Shown here: in pieces, positions 1 to 10,400 of the stretch
Layout of the letters: the number at the start of each line of letters is the position of its first letter
Position numbering within the stretch: the first letter of the stretch is position 1
From: Cycas panzhihuaensis
Taxonomy: Eukaryota > Plantae > Cycadophyta
Reading direction: 5' to 3'
Assembly (NCBI GenBank): GCA_023213395.1
Contig: CM041465.1
Coordinates: 168,337,741 to 168,401,740, forward strand
DNA: 64,000 nucleotides
Notes under the pieces: model-generated
What the model was told of the DNA's origin: nothing
What the model saw: only the letters and a program-made list of their open reading frames with translations
The model's database searches: none
Position numbers and translations under genes: made by a program

Positions 1-3000
1 TTATTCCTTGCACAATCTTATTGATGAAGTTGTACATGATACAACATGGAAAGTTCTTGAAGTTCTTAAGAAGAACTTTGACACTAAATCAAACTTAGAA
101 TTTGTTCACTTAGTACTGAAGATGAACAAATCAAAAATGTAGAAAGGACATGCAAGTGAGACAATTAATCTCCTTCGTCTAATCAAGAAAGTCATTGATA
201 AAGATTTTAAAACCCAATGCATTACATGGGCTTTCTTGATTTAGTCATGTTTCCATATCCTAGATTATAAAAATCTATTGGGAAATCTTCAATCTAGTGG
301 CACTTTGAAGACCCTAAACTTTGAGGATATTGCTGATAAGTTCATTGAATTTGATAAGACCTTTTATACCAACTTTTCCACTACATCAGATCTAGTTGAT
401 GCTACTTTTGAAGTGGAAGAAGATCTTTGTTACACCAAAAATCAAGGTTAACACTCTCATAGAGGTGGTAATTCACGTGGAAGAGGAAGAGGTAGACAAC
501 AAGGATAACATCCTCTTAGTCAATAGGCTCCTCAATTCCAACAAAAATAGTCTCAAGGCCAAGGCCAAAATAATCAACCTGGACCTAGATCCAGTAATCA
601 GAGACAATCCAACCAGCCCAATACTTGGATAGGAAATCAAATAATCATGTGCCAAAGGTGTAATAGAAAAGGACATTATGCCAAAAATTACAGAACTGCT
701 ACCAACAAACTACCAAGTTATCAACAGTGCCATGGTGTACATAATGTTGATAATACTTCTTTTAAAGATTCTTTTGGTGGAACATAATTTGCTCATGTAT
801 ACCTTCAAAGAATTGGGACCACTTTATTTAATATTGTTGATAGATCCACTAAGTATATTGAGGCTCATTGTGGCTATGCTTATTGACTTTTACCTTCACC
901 ACTTGGAGCTGTAAATAGTGCTACCTCAAATACTTCATTGTGGATCATGGATACTGGAGCAACATAACATATGACTTATCATCGCCAGTTCTTTCAAGAT
1001 TTTGACTCTGAAGTTTGTGGTGTTATACACATGGCTGACAAATCATCTTAGCTAGTCGAAGGACTTGGAACTGTTTGCTTGAAACTCCTAGGCCTTCCAG
1101 ATTTTACACTTGTTGATGTTTTATATATTCCTGCTCTGTAGCAGAATCTACTCTCCCTATCCACCCTTGTCTCTCATGGATTTGATTTGAGTGTAACTGC
1201 AAATAATCAAACTCTCTGTGTCATTCACCCTCCTTCAAATGCTGTGGTTATAACCAGAATTCTTGATGGCAAACTTTTTTGCCTAACTAGCTCACCATCC
1301 TCTGAAGCCAACTATGTTGATGATGAATTTGCTTTTACCACAACCCTGACTCATCAAAAGTTATCCCAAGTAGCTCTATGGCATGCTCATATGGGCCATA
1401 TCAAAATTGATTATTTAAGAGAACTACAAGACACTCTTCTTGGTTTGCCTAAGTTCCCCTCTAAGCCCTTTAAATGTGAAGCATGTATTATTGCTAAATC
1501 TCAAAGATAACCCTTTCCTTGTAGTTAGTGGAAATCTAGCTAACCTTTGCATCTTGTACACTCAGATATATGTGGTCCTATGCCCATCCCTTCTCTCAAA
1601 CAGAAGTGGTACTATATTACGTTTATTGATGATTTTACCAAGAATGTATGGGTTACTTTTCTTGCAAAGAAAGATGAAGTTTTTTCTATGTTTTAAGTTT
1701 TCAAGGCCCGCATGGAAAATAAATCTAGATTCAAGATCAAAATACTCAAGATTGACAATGGTGGCGAGTACATATCCACTGAGTTTGAATCATACCTACG
1801 TCAACATGGAATCAAACATCAGACCACTGTTGTAGGTACACCCCAACAAAATAGAGTTGCTGAGTGCATGAACATGACCATCATGAATATGGCTCATGCT
1901 ATGCTAGTATATAAGAATGTCCCTATATATCTTTGGGCTGAGGCTATCTGGACTGCTATGTATTGCATCAGCACTATTAGTCCCTCCAAGCTCGGCCCCT
2001 CTCCACATGAAATGTGGTATGGACAAACCCCCTTTATCTCCCACTTCAAAATTTTTGGTTCTACTTGTTATGCTCATATTTTGTAGGAACATAGAAATAA
2101 GCTCCAAGATAGAGCCATTAAAGGTATCTTTGTCAGATACCCTATGGATAAAAAGGGATACAAGGTTTTTATACCTTCGCAGCGTAAAATCATCATCACT
2201 AGAGATGTTATCTTTGTAGAGACTGAAGATCAATGACTCAGACTTGACTCCAAGATGCCTTCATACTGATTTAATAATTCCACTAAATTTAGGGGGAGAG
2301 ATGCTGAATAGTTGTTCAAAATATTAGAATCTAATAATAGAGCCTCAGAGGATACAAGCTATGACTCCAAGACAATGTGTACACATCCAACACCATCATT
2401 TGTGAACAGCCAAATTGACAAAGGTAAATCTATAGCAGAAGGATCATCTTCTCCAACATCTGTGGCTGGCCCATCTTCTCCAACATCGTCAATTTCCTCT
2501 GTGCCAAATATTTCACATGATCCTTTTTAGGATCAAAATGAAGATCAAGAGGTTGTAGAAATGAAAACCTCATTCCCAACTTGAGGTTTTCGTGAAGCCT
2601 ACCAGCTACACAAGGACATGCGACTAGATGAGGTAAGCAAAACTGGCACTAAAAGTGCCTATAGAGCAAGGATGCATGAATCACTTTCCATTGAGCTTGA
2701 ACTAACATAACTGTATCTTGCTCTTAATGAAGAGCCCCTAATGTACCAAGAAGCTGTAAAGCATGCAGTTTGGAGAAATTCCATGAATGAAGAGTATCAA
2801 TCTCTTATTAAGAATGGTACATGGGAGCTTGTTGATCTACCACTTGGAAGAAAGGTAGTTCAAAATAAATGGGTGTTCAAAAATAAGTTTAGATCAGATG
2901 GCACCCTAGAAAAACACAAGGCAAGGTTGGTAGCAAAAGGATTCATGCAAAGGGAAGGCATTGACTACACTGAAATCTTTGCTCTTACAACCAAGTGGCC

Positions 3001-4276
3001 TACAATCAGAACTCTTATAGCCTTGGCTGCTCAACAGGGTTGGAAAATCCACCAACTCAATGTTAAGACTGCATTTCTCAATGGGGACCTTAAAGAAGAA
3101 ATTTACATGGCTCAGCTAGAAGGATACGAGATTGACAGTTAGGAGCATAAAGTTTGTTAGCTCAAAAAGTCCTTGTATGGCCTAAAGTAAGCCTCTCATG
3201 CTTGGTTTACCAAGTTGTCTGAAAGAATGAGGCAACTTAGATATGAGGTTTGTGACTATCAAGATATTGATGCAATATTATTCATCAAGCACCAAAATGA
3301 TAAAGTCACTTACCTCTTAATCTTTATGGACGACATGCTCATAATGGGGAATAGTGAACAAGTAATCATCCAGCTGAAGAAGGACCTTGCTAAAACTTTT
3401 GAATTGTCTGACCTCGAGTTGATGAAATATTACTTGGGAATTGAAGTAAGTCAAAAGGATGGCAAAATCTTTCTCTCCCAAGAAAAATATATCAATGATC
3501 TTCTGACAAAGTTTTAGTTGGAAGGTGCTTGACCAGTGGATACACCTATGGAGCCTAATATTAAACTCTTAGTTGATGGTGACAATAGGGAGGTAGACGC
3601 AACACTCTACAGGCAACTTGTAGGTAGTCTCATCTATACTACCAATACAAGGCTAGATATTGCACACTCTATTGACATTCTTGCAAGATTCATGATAAAT
3701 CCTAAGCAAAATCATTGACAAGCTATAATACGAGTGTTGAGGTACCTAAAGACGACTAGCAAATATGGTCTATTGTATGAACCCAATGCAGAATTTAAAC
3801 TTTATATATACACAGACTCAGACTTTGCTAGAGATAAAGACACAGGAAGATCTATGTTTAGGTACATAACATTTCTTAGAATAGCACCAATATCATAGAG
3901 ATCCAGACTTACGGAAGATAGTTCTGAGACTCAGCTAGAAGTTGAGTACATTACTGCTTATGAGACAAGCAAGGAGGTGATATGGCTTAGAAAATTATTG
4001 AATACATTAAATGCCACCCAAACAAGTTCTACTAGCTTACATGTAGATAATCAATCTACAATCTAGATGGCTAAAAATCCTATATTTCATGATTGCACCA
4101 AACATATAAGTATAAAAGTCCACAGGATTAGAGAACTAGTTCATGATGGCATAATTCAATTGGAGTACTGCCCCAAAGCAGATCAAGTGGTTGATATCTT
4201 CACCAAACCACTGAAGAGGGTGAAGTTTGAATAGTTTTGAAAGTAACTCGACCTTAGGGCCTCCATCTCTAACTGA
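1..4276 (+). pseudogene. copia gag-pol polyprotein with many stops and frameshifts
   Basis: Zn knuckle CQRCNRKGHYAKNY (~648), protease WIMDTGAT*HMT (~940), LWHAHMGH (~1376), integrase HSDICGP / IDNGGEY / TPQQN, RT WELVDLP..KARLVAKG and FMDDML, RNase H YTDSDFA and DIFTKPL (~4195). Confidence 0.92.
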
Positions 4277-4709
4277 TTGAAGGAGATGACAATAGGACCA
4301 TCATAGTCTGTCTCATTCATGAAAACCCCTTGTGGGCGCGGAAGGACAAGAGTAAGTCTATGCTCTATCCCATTCGTGAAAACCCCATGTGGATGCAAAA
4401 GTATAAGGGTTGCATCATTTTGGAAAATCAGAACCTGTGAAAACTCGAAAGGGCATGGGGGATGACCAAATGGTATATGGAGACTCAGTAGATATTAGCT
4501 ACAAAATTCATTATACTGATTAGTTATCTGGCTACATTTAAAGAGCTACCTGAGCTAGGTTAGTAGATTAGAAAATTTGCGGGTTTTCTTCCCCATGAGG
4601 GTTTCTCACAAAAGTGTCATACTAGTTTGCTTTGTAAGAGGCTCAAATGAAGACCTCATAGGATAGAATAAAATAGGATGAAATAACCTTCTACCATTAA
4701 GGGGGAGAT

Positions 4710-4976
4710 TGAAAAGGGTTAATGACATAAGGTCATTACATTAGTTGATTATTTCAAAAAAGGGTCTTAAGTGAACTTTAAATTAGATCACTTAAGTGAA
4801 ATGCACTTTCATGTGCATTATGTGTAATTTCATTTCACCTAAATCTAATGCTCCCTTTCTCAATATAAAAGTAAAGATCAATGGAGGAGATTCATTCTCA
4901 CCTCCCCATTTTGTGAAAGCTACTTTCTTTCTCTCAAGTCTCTCTTGCTCCCATGTTTACCTTTGTGTTTAGTGCA
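4710..4976 (+). repeat. 3' LTR of the first copia element (right boundary uncertain)
   Basis: Begins TG just after the PPT and has a TATA-like CAATATAAAA at 4861. No partner LTR is in the window. Confidence 0.5.
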
Positions 4977-4984
4977 TGGAGATA

Positions 4985-7100
4985 AAGGATAGATCGACTC
5001 TTTTCTACTTGTGCCAATGTCAAAATAAATGGGTATTCAAAAACAAGTATAGATCCACTATAGTACTCCTTGATGAAGTAACTTGTGCTTCTACCTGTGC
5101 CAATGTCATCCTATGAAGATGATATCTCTCATCCTTAGTTGCTCTAAGCTCTAACTCCCATGCTCTCAGCTCTGCTCTCATGTCCATACATAGACACAGA
5201 CACACACACATATATATCTTAAGCTTGCAGTGCATAGATAAAGTGGCAAATATGGCATCTTAATAGGGTACGATCCACTATTTTCCATGTTAGGATCTCC
5301 TTTGATGTAAAAACATAAGGTAATATAAGCTCTAGTATCCTCCTCACCTCTCCCAGAGTAATGATCTTCTCATCTATTTAATACAAACATATAAGTCATG
5401 ATCAGTCTACTAGAAAGAAAATCATGATTGAAAAGGAAATATAATTTGATATGCGAGAAACCAATCAAATGACATACTTGATGGCTCATCTCCTCTTGTT
5501 GGCCTCGTTGCCATCTCCTCCTCTACCTTAGGCACTTCCTCTCTCTAGGGCTCTTGGGGAGCCTCTTGGGTAGGCTCTCCTTCTCTCGCTCTACTCCCTC
5601 CTCCTTGCATCTACTCATTTATTGACCCTAGTTCCATGCTCAGTATGGATCCTCCTCTATCTCTTCCTGGTGCTCCACCTACTCTCTTAAGCACCTATCG
5701 ACTCGCTCCCACTCCTATGCTAGTCAATGCACCTTATTTCCCTTCACGACCCATCTTGCCACCACTTATACCATCTCTCCCACCTTTGTCTCCTCTCTCT
5801 CTACCTCTACCTCTTCCTTGACTAGCAGTAGGGGCCTCTTTAGTCATCCCTCTCTCTACTACATCCATCTCATCATCACTCTATGTTGGTAGTCCTCCAC
5901 ATACATACTCTACCAGTTGTCTCCTAGTCATCCTACTTAATAGAGGGCTATCTATACTCCTAGTTATAATAACTTCCTCTGTATGAATCCTTACTCTCAT
6001 ATCCCATTTATTGATTCCTAGATCCATGATAGTTAGCTCTTCTAGAGCTCCTCCTAGTCTCATCAAAGGAATGTGCTCATATAGCCAACACATCAGGATA
6101 AAACTATTAGAAAATCCTCATCTACCTAATCTCTTGATCCTAAATAGCTTAAGACACATGCTATCTACTATATACTACCCCCAATTTATATGAACTCCCT
6201 CCTCACATCTCCATATATATGACTCTTATCCACTGTGCTGGAAGCCCCATGAGGTTCTGGGTTTTAGCAATCTTGTATATGATAATGAAGGCATGATTCT
6301 CTATATGACAGGTATATCCTCTACTATCTATATAGCCTCTATAGATATCTTATAGGGCCAAACTAGTTAGAAAAACCTATTAGGTACTGGTTGCATGCCA
6401 TCTTACAGTCATTGCCCACCACCTTATTAAGTCTCACTCTCTCCCCATACTAGCTGACTCCTAAAATCCTCCCTACATCCCTTTGAGTGATTTGTATCTC
6501 TTCAATAGCTTGTACTTTGAATACATCACATCCCAAAATCTAGCAGTTGATAAAATCATGGAGTATCTCATACTTTATCACTAACTACATTAATCCACTC
6601 ACTCAACACAACTTATAACTCCTTAAATTTGCCCAATCTTTCTCATTCAGATAATTGATCAACTCCCTAATCACTACACCTTCATTCTCTTGTGTTTCTA
6701 CTCTCTTTAGAGGCTACATCACATTAAAAGAATCACATCAATTTCTTATTTTAATGATTTAAAATTTTAGTTTTCAAATGTTTTCTTTAAAAAAATTTAA
6801 AAGTATGGTGACATAACCAAAAACATAACTTCCTTTTATTTCCCTATGTAACACTACATTTTGGGCTATGTTATCATATTTTTCATTGTCTTATCATATA
6901 TTAAGTACTTTGCCTATATTTTTCAGACTAAGTTATTATGTTTTTGAACAAAAAAATGATTTTTAAAAGAATTCAAGAAGTAAACTCACAAGATATCTAG
7001 CACCCTACTGCATTGTGCTGATATTAATCTCCTAGAGTTGATCTTATACTAAAATGGCTCTAGATCACCTCAAAACTAGGAGGAAAAGGCCCTTAGATAC
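4985..7100 (-). pseudogene. plant mobile domain (PMD, aminotransferase-like/MAIN-like) gene remnant with RG-rich and coiled-coil-like C-terminal part, antisense within a gypsy 3' region
   Basis: Minus-strand translation gives ITQRDVGRILGVS*YGERV (cf. PMD ITLxDVxxILGLxxxGxPV), INWGS and LMCWLYEHIP (cf. LLQxWxYEHxP). Candidate GT-AG introns at 6989-6714 and 5477-5374. Confidence 0.72.
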
Positions 7101-7442
7101 CTCATTTTTTTTACTGTCTCCTATGATAATGAAACTTAATTCTCATCATTTTTCTAATAAAGGGCAGGGGATTTTTCTCTTTTTCTAGACAAGAATATTT
7201 TTCTTTCATCCATTGAGTGTATAAAAGTGAATTCTATCTTTTTATGATTATTATTATTAAATGAAATCACTTTGGGATAGCATAATCATTTATCTTTTAT
7301 CTATTTGACTCAATTATTGGATCCAATGCACTTAACTTCTATGGAGCCTTTTGGAGACCTTACTAGCTATATATTTCACTCATCTTCCTTTGCAATTGAC
7401 TCTTGAAATAGACTCCAGAAAGCTCTAAGTCTCATTTACCTA

Positions 7443-7672
7443 TTGAAGAGCCTAACTATGATAGGGAACCCTCCAAAATTTAATTTTTGATGAGTTTAAA
7501 CTACAATAATCAAGCTTTAAAGTCCTTCACCTCATTAATGAGTTTAAACTATGATAGAATGCTCTAAAAAGTCACCTTTTAATGAGCTTAAAAACTATGA
7601 TAGTTCACTCTTTCTGCTCTAGCAAAATGATTTCCTCTAAAGTATGGTTAATGAGAGATAAACTATGACTAG
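7443..7672 (+). repeat. array of 5 conserved ~23-nt motifs (TTRATGAG..TAAACTAYGATAG) with dissimilar spacers
   Basis: Copies start at 7443, 7487, 7535, 7579 and 7648. Confidence 0.8.
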
Positions 7673-7743
7673 TTAGATATTTTAAGTCCCATCTAGTTTG
7701 TAGGCATTCAATAGTGATTTTTTTTTTTTGTTAGTAAGTGTAA

Positions 7744-8040
7744 ACCTAGTCTTTTTGGGGAAACGATTTGGTAGTACTCTTTGGTCAAGGAAAACTCTAT
7801 CTTTTTGGGTAAGACATTAGGTGTCATTTCTTTGGTGATGGATACCCAATCCTTTTGGGAAAGGTGTTAAGTGAGGTTGTTTTAGTAAAGAGTACCCAGT
7901 CCTTTTGGGTACAAGATCTAGACGACATTCTTTAGATGGTGAGAACCTAGTCCTTTTTGGGAAACTATTAGACAACATTCTTTTGGAATTGAGAACCTAA
8001 TCCTTTTGGTTAAGTGTTTAGGTAATGTTTTTTTGACTTA
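7744..8040 (+). repeat. ~50-bp tandem repeat, 6 diverged copies
   Basis: Core ACCYARTCYTTTTGGG at 7744, 7794, 7844, 7894, 7945 and 7995. Confidence 0.85.
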
Positions 8041-8217
8041 TTAATTTAGAAGTATCAAGGTTAGTTTGATTAGATTGTATGTCTTTTATAGGTTAGCAAC
8101 TCATCCTTCACATATCTTATCTTTTATCTCATTGACTTTTAATGGAAGATCTTTCACCTTCATGATTGCCACCTCTTACAATCCTATTTTCTTCCTAAAG
8201 TAGGAGCTTCAGGAATT

Positions 8218-10400
8218 AAGGGGATAAATGTTTTACCAAAACCTAGCCTCTTATTTACCCTTATTACTTTTGGTATATTTCTTGTATGGTTTTATAGGAA
8301 AATAAATGATGATCTTGATTTCATTATATTAGGCCATATTTTGATAAAGTAATATATTATTTTTATTCATAATGTATGATGAATGATGATTCTTATATGA
8401 TTATATTATCACCTACCAATAAGTGATATCTATATCACTAAATTCTCTCTCTCATGATCATTTTAATCAATTTTCTCTTTTAGAACCTCTCTTATTTTAT
8501 ATTTATATATATATATATATATTTGATTTCATCCTTATTTCATCTTTTCAATCAATTTTTGGGCTTGTGTTTATTATTTTTTATCATGTTTGGGCCTCTT
8601 TTACTCATTAATAGAGTTATTTAAGCTTAAATTTATTATTAAAAATTAAATTTTAAACTTTTAATAAGCTACCTTTAACCTCCTAACATATTTCATTTTT
8701 GGTCCTGCCAGAAACATAATTGATCACGTTTTTAGTGTAAAGTCATATTTTTTGTTAGTCCAAAAATGCGATTGATCCCATTTTTTACTATTATGCATGT
8801 AAAACTCATACAACACACCATAATTTTATATGCTACTACCTAGAATTAATACAAACTTACCTTTTGCATGCCCAGAAGGAACCCTAACTAGATTATTGTC
8901 TATTATTCAATTTTTTAGAGTCAAGAGAAAGAGATTTAGAGATTTTCTTTGAGATTTTTAGAGACTTTATTATGATTTCTACTACTATGAAATAAAGACT
9001 ATTTTTTGAGATTTTAATGGTTGAAATCAAGAGGATATTCTGATGCTTTAGGTTATTGTTTCTTTGATGGTTAATTCTTCAAGTTTCCTAACTTTTCTCA
9101 AGGTTTTCAACCTTAAAACTCCTTTGTTCTTGGTAAGATCTTTCCTATTTAGAATTCTTGTGATTTTGCTACTTGTTAGAGATTGTTTATGCCTAGAAGT
9201 TGCACATTCATTCTAATCATATTTATGGTGATTTTATACTTACTTTTACCTTAGAAATTTGGCTTAAAGGTTAGCCCTTTATAGGATAAAAGGAGAGAAG
9301 ACTAGTGTGAAGAATGTTCATCTCTTGACTTACAAAATAGTTTCTCTTCCCTATTCTTCTATAACTATCCAAATTCCAAGTGGTTTACTATCCTTTTGGC
9401 TTAGTTTTGACTATAGTTTAGCCTACGATGCTTATTTCTTTTCCTCCTTTATTAGTTTTAAAGGAAGGGTTTAGAGTGATTTGATCAAATAAAAGAATTG
9501 AAGCTATTTTGATGCACAAATTTTCCAATAGGAAAGAAACCTTGGTATTATTATTGTTTGATTCCACTCTTTGGTTTACTCTTTTACTTCAAATGGAAAT
9601 CTAATTTTTTAAATAAAATTTACTTGGTTTAAATAAGATCATAAGAGGTTTAAGGATCCCTTTAGAGCCCAATAACCTTTAATTGTGATAGAACTTCTTT
9701 ATACTTTGGCTTATTGCTTGTATATGAGGTTTATGACTTAAATACAATTAATTTCATGCATTGTTTATGATCTAAAAATCATTCATAATAGTAGTAGTTA
9801 ATCTTTAAAAATCTCTCCTTTCATTATAAAAGAATTTCCCAAAAGAAAAATAACATGTAATTAGAATGAAAAACCTCATATTAACATTGCATTATATTGG
9901 ACTTCTTAGAAATTTGCATAAATAGTTACAAGTGAAGTTAGTTACATTTTATCATAGTTTTTATTTTTCATTATAAAGGTTTGTATTACGTCTAAATGAG
10001 GTAGCTTTATGTTCATTTTAGTGTGTTTTATCTTTCAAAAAGAAAGAGAAAAAAAATATTGCATATATGTTTAGCTTTCTTGCATATGTCTTAAAAATTA
10101 GGCAGATAGATTTTTTAGTTTTATTGATTACTCTTGTCTTTCATTTCATTTTTATCAAAAACAAGAATATAAAAAGAAAAGGGAAAAGAAAAAAAATAAA
10201 AATTATCACTTAGCCCTTCTTCTCCATTCAACTAAAACTCTAAAGGTTGAAAGAATAAGAGGAAAGGAGTCCCTAGGAAGGACATGAGAGACATTATAAG
10301 AGTAGCTCTGAACTTAGAACTCCTTCACCTAGTTATGTAGGCTAGTGGATCTAATCACCCGCATATATCCTAGGTTTTTATTGCTTCATTCAATTACATC
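8218..10400 (+). mobile_element. PPT and long LTR of a Tat/Ogre-like gypsy element (3' end of the PMD-bearing element; right boundary uncertain)
   Basis: AAGGGGATAAA followed by TGTTTTACCA (LTR start 8229). The start resembles the LTR starts at 26121 and 37025 (-). Confidence 0.5.

Larger units (their letters stand above)
1..4976 (+). mobile_element. Ty1/copia LTR retrotransposon, degenerate; 5' end lies outside the window
   Basis: Copia domain order gag-PR-INT-RT-RH, then 3' UTR, PPT TTAAGGGGGAGA (4697-4708) and TG start of the 3' LTR at 4710. The LTR right end (GTGCA, 4976) is a guess. Confidence 0.85.

Noticed and set aside
5636-5821. Pro/Leu-rich ORF resembling an extensin
   Set aside because: It is the antisense shadow of the Arg/Gly-rich part of the PMD remnant.
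7443-7672. CRISPR array
   Set aside because: Repeats are degenerate and irregularly spaced, the context is a eukaryotic retroelement, and there are no cas genes.
7443-7672. Confident hammerhead ribozyme annotation
   Set aside because: The GAAA box and stems I/II cannot be demonstrated in the present sequence. It is kept only as a hypothesis.
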